Shown: positions 49,044 through 59,158 of the stretch, one piece after another
Layout: each line of letters begins with the position of its first letter
How positions within the stretch are numbered: the first letter of the stretch is position 1
Source of the DNA: a virus
IMG/VR virus record: IMGVR_UViG_3300025769_000069
Length of the DNA: 64,000 bases
Reading direction: 5' to 3' (one strand)
Program-made: the position numbers and the translations under genes
Notes under the pieces: model-generated
Databases searched by the model: none
Told to the model about the DNA's origin: nothing
What the model saw: only the letters and a program-made list of their open reading frames with translations

Positions 49044-49810
49044 AACATATAGCACTAAGATCCACAAGCATGCGACGAGACATGCCGTACACCACCCCTG
49101 GATTAGGCGACAGGGCTCATAGCATTCTTATAGGATACCAATATGCAAAATCGCATAATACTCAAGTGTGTTTGCATTTAACAAAAGATAAGTATGGCAA
49201 AGAACATAAGAAAACTTCTTGGAAGCAGCTTTCAGAATTAACTCATGGTCTTGTGACATATCAAGTCCATGATGTTTCTGGTTTAGATGAACACGTTTGG
49301 GAAGCATGGTTATTTGGCCAAGGGATTGATGCAGAAATATATTATTACAAAGATACTCTTCATATGCATCCAAGAGAAAAACCAGTTCCTCTTGAAATAT
49401 CGCAGTATCTAAAAGTTCTTCCATGTATGGATCCAATTGATTGCTCTAGTGACTTAGACCTACCGGAGAAATTTGTGACTATGCAATGGGATAGTACTGA
49501 TGCGTCTAGACAAGTTTCACCGATAAAACTTCATACAATAAAAGAAAAATATATAGAAAATGGGTATGAACTTATTACTGTGGGTGGATCTTCTGAGAAT
49601 GAATTTTTAAGAACTTCTCTCGCACATGCTGGATATGCTATCAGCAAAGCTGGTTATCATATTGGAATAGATTCTGGTATGATGCACCTTGCGCAGTTTT
49701 ATAAACCATACGATAAAATTCATATTTACAATGATGCTGGATTCTTTAAATCGCATCATCTTGTAAGAGCTCAAGCAAATGGATCAAAAATAAATCCAGA
49801 CTTTCTATGA
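49040..49810 (+). CDS. GT9-like glycosyltransferase
   Basis: GLGDR, GIDSGMMHLA. Confidence 0.72.
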   Translation: MKHIALRSTSMRRDMPYTTPGLGDRAHSILIGYQYAKSHNTQVCLHLTKDKYGKEHKKTSWKQLSELTHGLVTYQVHDVSGLDEHVWEAWLFGQGIDAEIYYYKDTLHMHPREKPVPLEISQYLKVLPCMDPIDCSSDLDLPEKFVTMQWDSTDASRQVSPIKLHTIKEKYIENGYELITVGGSSENEFLRTSLAHAGYAISKAGYHIGIDSGMMHLAQFYKPYDKIHIYNDAGFFKSHHLVRAQANGSKINPDFL

Positions 49811-50505
49811 TTGAAGTTAAAACACCAATATATCCTAGACCACTTGGCGATAGAATAAACACTATTCTATTTTGTCATTACTTAAGTGTTGTTAAAAACA
49901 CTAGAGTTAATTTACAAATAGATGGGCATGATGCTGAGTATTTTAATAGCTTAATGTTTGGAGATGTGTCTATTAATGGTTCAGGTAAGATAGATGAATC
50001 AATTGTTTATAGGCATAGCCAAGACTCAAACATAGCTAAATATTTAAGTGTATCTACAAGAGTAAATATACCAATTAAAAATTCTTCAAGAGAAAAATTT
50101 ATTACTGTTCAGTGGGATGCTCAACAAAAATATAGAACTATAGATCAAGAAAGAATTCAAAAAATAGAATCTTATTATAAAAACCAAGGGTTCGATATTG
50201 TAAGGATAGGTGGCCATCAATCATTAAGTGAAATTGAAAATCTATTATCTAGAGCCACGCATCATGTTGGTGCTGATTCAGGTATGATGCATTTTGCTAA
50301 ACTACTTATGCCTACAGACAAAATACATTTATATATTAATATTAGACGAAGAGAAAATGATGAAAGATTTCCTGATGGGTGGAATGTTGCATGGCAAGCT
50401 AGGGAAATACTTAGGCTTGGGGCGAAAATGAATTTGTGTGAAAATCCATCAAGTGAACAAATAGAATATTTTAAAAAGGTAGATTTATATGATAAAAAAT
50501 GTTGA
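49807..50505 (+). CDS. GT9-like glycosyltransferase paralogue
   Basis: PLGDR, GADSGMMHFA. Confidence 0.72.
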   Translation: MIEVKTPIYPRPLGDRINTILFCHYLSVVKNTRVNLQIDGHDAEYFNSLMFGDVSINGSGKIDESIVYRHSQDSNIAKYLSVSTRVNIPIKNSSREKFITVQWDAQQKYRTIDQERIQKIESYYKNQGFDIVRIGGHQSLSEIENLLSRATHHVGADSGMMHFAKLLMPTDKIHLYINIRRRENDERFPDGWNVAWQAREILRLGAKMNLCENPSSEQIEYFKKVDLYDKKC

Positions 50506-51094
50506 CCTTAGCAAATGTAAAAATCTTACAGAATTTTATAACACTCTTTATGAAGCACATGAAAGCCATCAGGGAACAGGCTATTGCGATCATCATAAAA
50601 CAATGGAAGCATATCTTTCAGGTTGTAATTCATATAGAGAATTTGGAGTTCTACAAGGAGCCACTGTAGCCAAGGCTGCGTTGTGTGGTGTTAAATACAT
50701 TCAAGCAGTAGATGTTCAGCTTCACAGATTTTCTCCTTATGTTAAATTGTTTGAGGGAATAGAAGTAGAATTGCATGAAAGCTCTACTGTTCCACACCCA
50801 GTTGAGTTTAAGGGTAAGATGTATGAAATGACTGATGGGGTTAAACACTTAAAGCCCGTTGATTTTATGTTTATTGATGATATACATGAACATGACCATG
50901 TATTAGAAGAGCTTACTTTACATTCTCCAACTGTAAACAAATATATTCTAATGCATGATACATATCTATTAGAAAATAAAGTTAATGAATCTCTTCACAA
51001 AGCAGCTTTAAAATTTATAGAACAAAATAGTGAATGGACAATTGAACGCCGAAGTAAAGTTTCTACAGGACACACTTTATTAAAGAGAATCTAA
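50489..51094 (+). CDS. Class I SAM methyltransferase (Methyltransf_24-like)
   Basis: EFGVLQG, FIDDIH, MHDT. Confidence 0.78.
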   Translation: MIKNVDLSKCKNLTEFYNTLYEAHESHQGTGYCDHHKTMEAYLSGCNSYREFGVLQGATVAKAALCGVKYIQAVDVQLHRFSPYVKLFEGIEVELHESSTVPHPVEFKGKMYEMTDGVKHLKPVDFMFIDDIHEHDHVLEELTLHSPTVNKYILMHDTYLLENKVNESLHKAALKFIEQNSEWTIERRSKVSTGHTLLKRI

Positions 51095-51883
51095 ATGGGT
51101 CTAGGTGATGACATAATGTTTCTTGGAGAAGCTGAAAGCCTTTACAAGAAAATTGGAAAAAAGATAACTCCAGTCTATGGGTCAGGCTGGAGTGCTTTAT
51201 TTGAGAACGTTGAATTTTTAACAAAAACTGGAGGTGTTACTTTAAACGCCAGAGACAGTAAACAAAAATCTGATTATCATGTAGACTATTATGTTAAAAA
51301 TAAACGGCAGACTATACTTGGTGAAAAATTAGAATTTTTTAATTATAAACCAAAAAGATTTGCTGTTAGATTAACAGATGAAGAGAAAAACTCAGCAAAA
51401 GAAATTGTAAAAGATTTAGGCGAATTTATGGTTATTAATCCAGACTATAAATCAGCTTTCTTTACTTCAAATAAAGACTGGGGATTTGAAAAATATCAAA
51501 AAGTAGTTGATGAAATTTCGAAATATATAAATGTAGTAAGGATAAAGCCAGGGGGAAAATATACAGAACCCGACTTAAAAAATGCTATTAACATTTCGTG
51601 TCCAGATTTAAGACAGCAAATAGCAATATGGAGTCTAGCTAAATTTGGCTTATCTTACGATGGACTTATGGTTCATGTTCTATCAGGATTCAATATACCA
51701 GTTGTAAATATTATGGGAGGTTTGGTGTCTCCTGATGTTATGAGCTATCCAAATAATATTAATTTATACTATGAGCATCATATGACTCCATGCGGATCTA
51801 CATTTGACTGTGCTCATTGTTATCAAGCAAACCAATATATTACTGTAGATAAGGTACTAGAAGCATGTCAGAAATTCTTGTAA
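51095..51883 (+). CDS. GT9 heptosyltransferase-like
   Basis: GLGDDIM, NKDWG, DGLMVH, PCG...C. Confidence 0.75.
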   Translation: MGLGDDIMFLGEAESLYKKIGKKITPVYGSGWSALFENVEFLTKTGGVTLNARDSKQKSDYHVDYYVKNKRQTILGEKLEFFNYKPKRFAVRLTDEEKNSAKEIVKDLGEFMVINPDYKSAFFTSNKDWGFEKYQKVVDEISKYINVVRIKPGGKYTEPDLKNAINISCPDLRQQIAIWSLAKFGLSYDGLMVHVLSGFNIPVVNIMGGLVSPDVMSYPNNINLYYEHHMTPCGSTFDCAHCYQANQYITVDKVLEACQKFL

Positions 51884-52605
51884 TACAAACTGAAGTTGGT
51901 GGTGTTGGTGGATATGTTTATAGACCAGATGAAAGCCCAGCAGCTCTAGAGGCTTCAAAACTCTTTGGTGAATTGACTAAAACAGTAAAAAGATATTGCA
52001 ACAAACATGGATATGATTATCAAAAAATAACTGAGTATCCAAAGGATGTTGATATTTTATTCTTTAATAAGAGCACTAAGACTGAAGAGCATGACTATTC
52101 TCAAGGCGGGAAAAATAAATGTTCTACTCTTATTCGTTATTTAAATATGTACAATCCAGACTATCGTGTTATAATAACTCTAGATAATGATATTTGGATT
52201 CCGGAATGGGCAGAGCCTCTTCCAGAAGTTACAGGCCATATGGGAGTAGAAGATAAGGGAAAGTCTTGGAATAATTTTAAAAATCATCATCCGATCCCAT
52301 TTGGAAAATTTATTAATGGTGGCGTTCAAATGGTGGATCAAAAAGCTGGCCAAAGTTTAAGTAAATTTGTAAGGCGTAAATGTGAACATAAAATACTTCC
52401 AATCATCCATACTGACCAAGCATATATGAACGAATGGAGATCGAGAAATCTACCATCTAGTTATATACTGGATAAAAAGTGGAACTATATGGTAGATTGT
52501 TATCCAAGAACACAAGACTATTCTAAATATAACTTTATTCATTATGCTGGTTGGAAAGGAAGAAGCTATTTGATTGAAGACTATAAAAATGGAATTATAA
52601 AATGA
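51865..52605 (+). CDS. GT-A glycosyltransferase
   Basis: LDND, INGG, DQAYMN, FIHYAG. Confidence 0.78.
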   Translation: MSEILVIQTEVGGVGGYVYRPDESPAALEASKLFGELTKTVKRYCNKHGYDYQKITEYPKDVDILFFNKSTKTEEHDYSQGGKNKCSTLIRYLNMYNPDYRVIITLDNDIWIPEWAEPLPEVTGHMGVEDKGKSWNNFKNHHPIPFGKFINGGVQMVDQKAGQSLSKFVRRKCEHKILPIIHTDQAYMNEWRSRNLPSSYILDKKWNYMVDCYPRTQDYSKYNFIHYAGWKGRSYLIEDYKNGIIK

Positions 52606-52964
52606 TACACATACCAGTGAGTATTGGTGAACTCTTTGATAAGATTAGTATCCTTGAAATAAAAGTAAACCAAAGCATTGATGCTGCTCAAGATGAGCTA
52701 GACTTACTAAATAAAGAGAAACCTGAACATGTTCCAATCTATGTTCAAGGATTATATAAAGCTTTATATGCAATTAATCTTCAGCTGTGGGATATTGAAG
52801 ATCGGAAAAGAGAGATGGAACAACAGCAAGACTTCAAGCTAGAGTTTATTGAATATGCAAGGGCAGTATATATTCTTAATGATGAAAGAGCTCGACTAAA
52901 GGGTTTAATCAACAAATTTATGGGTTCTCCAATTAGAGAACATAAAAGTCACAGAGAGTATTAA
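52602..52964 (+). CDS. DUF6165-like helical protein
   Basis: PVSIGELFDKISILEIK...LWDIED...NDERA. Confidence 0.75.
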   Translation: MIHIPVSIGELFDKISILEIKVNQSIDAAQDELDLLNKEKPEHVPIYVQGLYKALYAINLQLWDIEDRKREMEQQQDFKLEFIEYARAVYILNDERARLKGLINKFMGSPIREHKSHREY

Positions 52965-52965
52965 T

Positions 52966-53742
52966 ATGAGTGAAGACATTGTAATTGTAACTGGTGGATT
53001 TGATCCTATTCATTCCGGTCATATTGAAATGATTAAAGTAGCAAGAAGTATGGGAAGAGTAGTTATTGGTTTAAATTCTGATGAATGGTTAACTAGAAAG
53101 AAAGGTCATCCATTTATGCCTTTCAACGAACGATATGCGGTTTTAGATCAATTTAAAAATATTCTCCAAGTTCTACCATTTAACGACCAAGATAATTCTG
53201 CCAAAGATGCCATCTTAAAAGTTCGTAAAATGTTTCCAAAGAATAAAATCATATTTGCAAATGGTGGCGACAGAACTCAAGAAAATATTCCTGAAATGGA
53301 CATTGATGATGACAATATTGAATTTGTATTTGGTATTGGCGGTGAAAATAAAAAGAACTCTAGTAGTTGGATTTTAGATAAATGGAAGACAAACCGGACA
53401 GAAAGAGACTGGGGTTACTGGCGAGTCCTAGATGATAAGAAAACAGTAAAAGTAAAAGAACTAGTAATAATGCCAGGGTGTTCTTTATCAGATCAAAAAC
53501 ATTATCATAGGTCAGAACATTGGTACATATTAGAAGGCGCCATGAAAATGGAGATTGAACATGGCGATGTTATTTCTACAAACTTAGGCAGGGATGAGAC
53601 AATAGCGCTGAAGCAACATCAAACTTATGTTATTCATAGAGAGGATTGGCACAAAGCGTACAATCCTTTTGATAAACCTTGTCATGTACTTGAAGTACAG
53701 TATGGAACTAAATGTGTAGAGGACGATATTGAAAGACGATGA
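52966..53742 (+). CDS. Cytidylyltransferase fused to mannose-6-phosphate isomerase-type cupin
   Basis: GGFDPIHSGH, ANGGDR, RDWG, QKHYHRSEHW, EVQYG. Confidence 0.88.
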   Translation: MSEDIVIVTGGFDPIHSGHIEMIKVARSMGRVVIGLNSDEWLTRKKGHPFMPFNERYAVLDQFKNILQVLPFNDQDNSAKDAILKVRKMFPKNKIIFANGGDRTQENIPEMDIDDDNIEFVFGIGGENKKNSSSWILDKWKTNRTERDWGYWRVLDDKKTVKVKELVIMPGCSLSDQKHYHRSEHWYILEGAMKMEIEHGDVISTNLGRDETIALKQHQTYVIHREDWHKAYNPFDKPCHVLEVQYGTKCVEDDIERR

Positions 53743-54431
53743 AAGCTTATTGCATAGCCCTTAGTGATAATAAAAATTCAATGGTTGGATTAGAAAAATT
53801 AATCCAATCATCATTTAATGTTGGTAATAAATTTGAAATAAACCACTTTGATGCTATAGTACCAGAAGATGTTAGTACGATTTTAAAATCATTGAACATC
53901 AAATGGAATTGGCCATGGGAGGGACAAACAACTGATTTCGCGTCCGGACTTACTAAAACTGCATATGTAACTCGTAATCCAAAAGCTCGCATTGCATGTG
54001 CACTCAGCCATTACTATTTGTGGCAAGATTGTGTCTATAATGAAGAACCATTTCTTATTCTAGAACATGATGCATATTTTCAAATACCTATTGATTTTGA
54101 TATTAATGATACTCAATTTGATATACTTGGAATCAATAATCCATTAGGCTGCACTAGAAAAGCTAGAGAATTTTATCAATACGTCATAGATAGTTCTAAA
54201 TCATATATGCCATCTCCTTGGATAGACAAACAAACAATTCCACAAGGTATTGCTGGAAATTCAGCATATATAATAAAACCAAATGCAGCAAAACAATTAC
54301 TAGGTTTAGTTAATGAATTTGGTCTTTGGCCTAATGATGCTATTATGTGCCGACAATTGGTGCCAAAACTAGGTGTCACTCGAAAATTTTATACAACACG
54401 CCAGAACATGAAAAGTAGTACGACATTATGA
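53739..54431 (+). CDS. GT25-like glycosyltransferase
   Basis: ACALSHYYLW, LEHDA, AYII.P.AA. Confidence 0.82.
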   Translation: MKAYCIALSDNKNSMVGLEKLIQSSFNVGNKFEINHFDAIVPEDVSTILKSLNIKWNWPWEGQTTDFASGLTKTAYVTRNPKARIACALSHYYLWQDCVYNEEPFLILEHDAYFQIPIDFDINDTQFDILGINNPLGCTRKAREFYQYVIDSSKSYMPSPWIDKQTIPQGIAGNSAYIIKPNAAKQLLGLVNEFGLWPNDAIMCRQLVPKLGVTRKFYTTRQNMKSSTTL

Positions 54432-55075
54432 AAAATTATGTAATTACTATTCAAGATATTCCCCAATCAGTAACGTCTGCAAAACGATGCGTATCATCTG
54501 GAAAAATGTTTTCAGTTGATATTGAGCATTTTGATGCTATTACACCTAGAAATACAGATGTCTTTGAAAGATTGAAAGAATTAGAGCTACCAGATAAAAA
54601 CTTTCAAGAGATCTATTCTCGGATGGAAAATTGTATAGCTGGTTTTTTATCACACTTTACTTTATGGAATATGTGTGCTGAAAGTGGAGAAGAGTTTCAC
54701 ATCTTTGAACATGATGCAGTCTTAGTAGATTATCTTCCTAACAACTTACAATATAATGGTTGTATTAGTCTAGGAAGACCATCTTATGGTAAATTTAATA
54801 TTCCAGCAATTATTGGTACTAATAGTTTAGTATCTAAACAATATTTTCCTGGAGCACACGCATATAGACTTACTCCAAAGCGAGCAGCAGAAATTGTAGA
54901 GAAAGCAAAGATAGCAGCAGGTCCAACTGATACTTATCTTGATATTAGAAGATTTCCATTCTTACAAGAATATTATCCTTGGCCAGTTGAAGTGAGAGAA
55001 ACATTTACCACTATCCAAAAAGTTGATGGATGCTGGGCTAAGCATGGATTTAATAATGAGTACAAAATTATCTAA
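54428..55075 (+). CDS. GT25-like glycosyltransferase
   Basis: FLSHFTLW, FEHDA, GAHAYRLTP. Confidence 0.82.
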   Translation: MKNYVITIQDIPQSVTSAKRCVSSGKMFSVDIEHFDAITPRNTDVFERLKELELPDKNFQEIYSRMENCIAGFLSHFTLWNMCAESGEEFHIFEHDAVLVDYLPNNLQYNGCISLGRPSYGKFNIPAIIGTNSLVSKQYFPGAHAYRLTPKRAAEIVEKAKIAAGPTDTYLDIRRFPFLQEYYPWPVEVRETFTTIQKVDGCWAKHGFNNEYKII

Positions 55076-55676
55076 AGTTTTTATTACGGGTAGTGATAGC
55101 AATACTCGATGGCTTGATAACTGGTTTAAGTCAAATTTTTATAAACATAATCCAAATGCTGAATTGGTTGTTTATGACTTTGATAAATATTTCAACGAGA
55201 ATCAGAGATGGTTCAAAAAGCCAGCAGCTATGTTAGAAGCTTCTATGACATTTGATAGTGTTTGCTGGATTGATAATGACATAGAAATTAGATCTAACAT
55301 AGAACGTATATTTGATTTTATAGAACCAAATAAATTATTGATGGCAGAGGATCGTCCTTGGAGCACTAGACGTGGAGAAAAATGGCATAATTCTGGAGTT
55401 GTAGGATTTCAAGGCACGCCAAAGATTTTAAGAGAATGGGCTAGTGCTGTACAAACAGTAGATCAAAGGCCTAATCCAATGTATGGAGATCAAGATGTCT
55501 TACATGAATTAGTACGAGGTGATATGAAAAGATTTATTCATATTACTGATTTACCTAGAAACTATAATACACTAAGATTAGATTTAATAGATAACACCGC
55601 TCCTCCAACAATTAGAATGATGCATTGGACTGGAGCAAAAGGAAAACAAGAAATCAAGAGGCAGATGAATGAGTAA
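55056..55676 (+). CDS. GT-A glycosyltransferase (GT8-like)
   Basis: WIDND, NSGV, GDQDVL, HWTG. Confidence 0.8.
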   Translation: MSTKLSKVFITGSDSNTRWLDNWFKSNFYKHNPNAELVVYDFDKYFNENQRWFKKPAAMLEASMTFDSVCWIDNDIEIRSNIERIFDFIEPNKLLMAEDRPWSTRRGEKWHNSGVVGFQGTPKILREWASAVQTVDQRPNPMYGDQDVLHELVRGDMKRFIHITDLPRNYNTLRLDLIDNTAPPTIRMMHWTGAKGKQEIKRQMNE

Positions 55677-56292
55677 AGTTGCTCATGTTATTGGTAATGG
55701 TGATAAAGTAACAATGTTCAAGCCAGCGAAAGGTTTGAAAATTGCTTGTAATGTTCCACCTTTTCATGTGAATAATTTGTATACTACATGTATTGTTGAC
55801 TTCAAAATGTGTCATGCACTTCATGAAGAAAGTGTTACTATTGGTGGGGATTGGACATGTGGATTCAGGCCAAAAATATATTGTGATAAGAACCCTGGGT
55901 TTTATATGAAGTTTGCCCCGCAGATCAAAGAATTTTATACAGCATTGCCAACATATACAAAATTAAAACCAAATGAAACACAAGGCAATATGTACACTAA
56001 TTTTAATTGTGGTCATATGGCAACTCATTATGCTGCAAATAAATTAAAGTGCGATGAGATTCATTTATATGGTTTTGACTCATTATTTGATTGGAACATG
56101 AGAAGCTATTCTGATCTAGTATTAAACTCTGATAGAGGGAATGCAAATAACCATCGTCTCATTGGTAATTGGAGACCAATTTGGAATGGAATCTTTAAGG
56201 AATTTTCTGATACACAATTTATTTTCTATCATTCTCATTCGGATATAAAAATTAAAATTCCAGAAAATGTAGAAATTCGCACAAAAAACTAG
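55669..56292 (+). CDS. Putative CMP-sugar (sialyl/Kdo) transferase-like protein
   Basis: VIGNG...CN...G...IHLYGFD pattern of GT29/GT42-like folds. Confidence 0.5.
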   Translation: MSKVAHVIGNGDKVTMFKPAKGLKIACNVPPFHVNNLYTTCIVDFKMCHALHEESVTIGGDWTCGFRPKIYCDKNPGFYMKFAPQIKEFYTALPTYTKLKPNETQGNMYTNFNCGHMATHYAANKLKCDEIHLYGFDSLFDWNMRSYSDLVLNSDRGNANNHRLIGNWRPIWNGIFKEFSDTQFIFYHSHSDIKIKIPENVEIRTKN

Positions 56293-56327
56293 TTTACAAT
56301 AATGAAAATATAGTATAGAATACTTTT

Positions 56328-56762
56328 ATGATTGTTATTGATTTTCAAAATAAATGCGCCAAGCACCGTAAGCGAGCTATTGAGGATGCAATTATGTTTG
56401 CTTCATCTCAATTGATGTCACGTATTCGTAAGCCAGTTTATATAAATATTCGTACGATACGTAAGTTAGCAGAAAAACAAGGAGTTTATGGCGACTGTAT
56501 GGATGAAGGAGATCGTGAATTTACGATCCGCATCGATGTATCTCTCCCCTTCGATGAAATGATTAGTACAATATTGCATGAAATGGTTCATGTATGGCAA
56601 TACGTCTCTAAACGTATGGTACAAAATTGGGCACACGAGATACGATTTGCAAAGGAAGTTTATAGTTCGGAGTTGCCATATGATGCAAGACCTTGGGAGG
56701 TAGAAGCGCATCGTAAAGAAAAAGAATTAAAGGAGAAATGGGATGGCCATTACCGATATTGA
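56328..56762 (+). CDS. Zinc metallopeptidase-like protein
   Basis: LHEMVHVWQ...PWEVEA. Confidence 0.8.
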   Translation: MIVIDFQNKCAKHRKRAIEDAIMFASSQLMSRIRKPVYINIRTIRKLAEKQGVYGDCMDEGDREFTIRIDVSLPFDEMISTILHEMVHVWQYVSKRMVQNWAHEIRFAKEVYSSELPYDARPWEVEAHRKEKELKEKWDGHYRY

Positions 56763-57036
56763 GAAAGCGTGTATGGATATATGCGATGACTCTATCAATA
56801 TGCATGTTCCGTGGTACTTAATGGCAGCATATGCCTATTATGTAGAAGACAATCCAATACTTGAGGATAAGACATTTGACATGATAGCAAGAAGAATACT
56901 TGATCATTGGGATGAGATAGAGCATCCTCATAAAAAATGTTTGAGTAAAGACATGTTAGAAGCTGGTACTTTTCTTGGAGAGTATCCAACTCGTGTTAAA
57001 GGAGCATTGGACAGTGTCAGACACGCCTATCGATGA
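56743..57036 (+). CDS. Stand-alone protein resembling NAD-dependent DNA ligase domain Ia
   Basis: AYAYYVEDNPILEDKTFD. Confidence 0.55.
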   Translation: MAITDIEKACMDICDDSINMHVPWYLMAAYAYYVEDNPILEDKTFDMIARRILDHWDEIEHPHKKCLSKDMLEAGTFLGEYPTRVKGALDSVRHAYR

Positions 57037-57199
57037 TCCAATTGATGGAATTGATTTGACTGACTTAGATGGATGGACATATAGTAATGACAGTAGTAGA
57101 ATGCGCAAGAAGAATAATGGAAAAGGATTGGAAGGGAATTCAGGAGATCGATATCAAGACTCTTGGATACGCTTTGATAATAGTTGATGAGGTGTACAA

Positions 57200-57976
57200 A
57201 TGAGAATAATTGCAGGACCTTGCCAACATGAGTCACTCGAGCAATCCTTAGAAATTGCTGGTCATTGTAAAGAAGTTTGCGATAAGTATGAATTTGAATA
57301 TATATTTAAGGCTAGTTTTGATAAAGCAAACCGAACTCATGTTAGTGGAATTCGTGGCAGAGGATTGAACTCTACTTTAGCATCATTCTTAAATATGAAA
57401 GAAGAAATACCTCAGTTAAGAACTCTTACTGATGTACACTCTGTAGAAGATATATGTGAACTTGTAGACTACTTTAATGATGCAGTAGATGTTCTACAAA
57501 TACCCGCATTTCTTTGTCGCCAAACAGACATAATTGAAGCTGCTTGCGAAACAGATAAAATTGTAAATATTAAAAAGGGCCAGTTCTTGGCGCCTTGGGA
57601 TGTTAAAGGCATTCTAAGTAAATGTGCTAGTGCAAAAGAAGTATGGATTACAGAGAGAGGGACAAGTTTTGGTTACAATACACTTGTTAATGACTTTACT
57701 GGTATCAAGTACATGCTTGATAATGCTGGTGTACCTGTGGTATTTGACGTCACACACTCAGTCCAGAAGCCTGGAGGACAAGGTAACTCTAGCGGTGGCA
57801 ATAGGTCTTATGTGCCTAGTCTTTCCCGTGCCGCCGCTGCTATGGGCGTTGACAACTTTTTTTTAGAAGTACACCCTGATCCAGATAATGCTCCTTCAGA
57901 TGGACCTAATATGTTAAAGCTTGAAGACTTTGAAAGGACTGTAAATGATATCGACCGCTATTCTTATACCGGCTAG
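57200..57976 (+). CDS. kdsA: KDO 8-phosphate synthase
   Basis: IAGPC, KASFDKANRT, QIPAFLCRQTD, KKGQF, DVTHSVQ, SDGP. Confidence 0.96.
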   Translation: MRIIAGPCQHESLEQSLEIAGHCKEVCDKYEFEYIFKASFDKANRTHVSGIRGRGLNSTLASFLNMKEEIPQLRTLTDVHSVEDICELVDYFNDAVDVLQIPAFLCRQTDIIEAACETDKIVNIKKGQFLAPWDVKGILSKCASAKEVWITERGTSFGYNTLVNDFTGIKYMLDNAGVPVVFDVTHSVQKPGGQGNSSGGNRSYVPSLSRAAAAMGVDNFFLEVHPDPDNAPSDGPNMLKLEDFERTVNDIDRYSYTG

Positions 57977-58631
57977 ATACGGCAGTACACGTTTTCCTGG
58001 TAAGCCGCTAACACCACTAGGTGATAGGCCTATGATATGCAGAGTGGTGAAAAGCTGTAAAGAGGCTAACCTACCAGTATACGTATTGACAGATAACCAA
58101 ACTATTGGTCATGCCGCAGCAGCATCAGGAGCAGAAGTGTGGTGTGAAGAAATAGATTATAAAAATGGTACTGAAAGATGTGCAGGCGCAATTAAATCTT
58201 CTTTGTTTGATAAGTACAATCAGTTTATTAATGTTCAAGGTGATATGCCAGATGTAACAACAGAAATGATTGAGAAAACTATTTGGCATTTAAAAAACTA
58301 TTCTGTTACTACTATGTGTGCTATGATGCCAAAAGAACAGCAGAATGATCCCAACACAGTTAAGCTGGTAAGAGCTGCTGATAAGTGCTTGTGGTTTGGT
58401 AGAGGCATGACAGGCTATGGAGATTGGCATTTAGGTATCTATGGATACAAGCGAAATGCACTAGAAATGTACCCTAGTTTAATTAGTACACGTGAAGAAA
58501 GGTTAGAAGGATTAGAACAACTACGTTGGTTAAAAGGTGGATGGGACATAGGTGTGCTCCCATGTGAGTTTGATGGTATTGAAATTAACACACCAGAAGA
58601 TGTAAAGAAGTGGAATGAAAAAATGAGCTGA
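57945..58631 (+). CDS. kdsB: CMP-KDO synthetase
   Basis: IPARYGSTRFPGKPL, NVQGD, HLGIY, LEQLRW. Confidence 0.95.
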   Translation: MISTAILIPARYGSTRFPGKPLTPLGDRPMICRVVKSCKEANLPVYVLTDNQTIGHAAAASGAEVWCEEIDYKNGTERCAGAIKSSLFDKYNQFINVQGDMPDVTTEMIEKTIWHLKNYSVTTMCAMMPKEQQNDPNTVKLVRAADKCLWFGRGMTGYGDWHLGIYGYKRNALEMYPSLISTREERLEGLEQLRWLKGGWDIGVLPCEFDGIEINTPEDVKKWNEKMS

Positions 58632-58697
58632 CTGCTCACTTTTTTGTTTACAATTGATATGAAATAGTGTAGTATAATAATATAAGGAATGAAGGAG
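58618..58697 (+). promoter_or_regulatory. Hairpin + early promoter + RBS cassette, copy 4
   Basis: AAAAAATGAGC-TGACT-GCTCACTTTTTT, GTTTACA-17-TAGTAT; contains the kdsB stop codon. Confidence 0.9.
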
Positions 58698-58703
58698 AAT
58701 CCT

Positions 58704-58922
58704 ATGTTACTACCAAATGGCTCAGCAATCAAACAAGACGTGATCGACTGCTTTAACCGTGCTGTTAATCAGCCTGAGAATATAGAACAGGGTATTGGTT
58801 CAACTGACTTTTGGAACTACATTGAGGCAGACATGTTCTTTGACTTGAAGGTATGGTATAGCTCAGACTATATTATTGAGTGCTTTGATGTTTTGGCAGA
58901 TGATTATGAAGGAGTAGCATAA
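58704..58922 (+). CDS. Early acidic hypothetical protein
   Basis: Follows the cassette 4 RBS. Confidence 0.7.
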   Translation: MLLPNGSAIKQDVIDCFNRAVNQPENIEQGIGSTDFWNYIEADMFFDLKVWYSSDYIIECFDVLADDYEGVA

Positions 58923-59158
58923 TGTATTTAAACCCTGATCAACAAGGTACTGTAGTTTTAGATATACTACAGAATAATTTTCATGCACCGCTTGTAGATG
59001 GTAAGTGTAATGCTGATAATATCCATGAAGAACTTACCATTGGTATTCTAGCCGGTGTTTTACCACCTATGGATGAAGAAGATGCTGATATGATTATCAG
59101 TTTAGTAGACGAAATGATTGCAGAATTTGGAGAACCTAATGAAGGAAAAGTCCGATGA
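58922..59158 (+). CDS. Early acidic hypothetical protein
   Basis: GGAG RBS, TAATG coupling. Confidence 0.7.
   Translation: MYLNPDQQGTVVLDILQNNFHAPLVDGKCNADNIHEELTIGILAGVLPPMDEEDADMIISLVDEMIAEFGEPNEGKVR

Noticed and set aside
1310-57866. Numerous alternate-frame and antisense ORFs of 60-140 aa inside core genes
   Set aside because: They lack RBSs and motifs and are expected shadows of biased codon usage; only the o-spanin and the guaC-overlapping ORF have independent support
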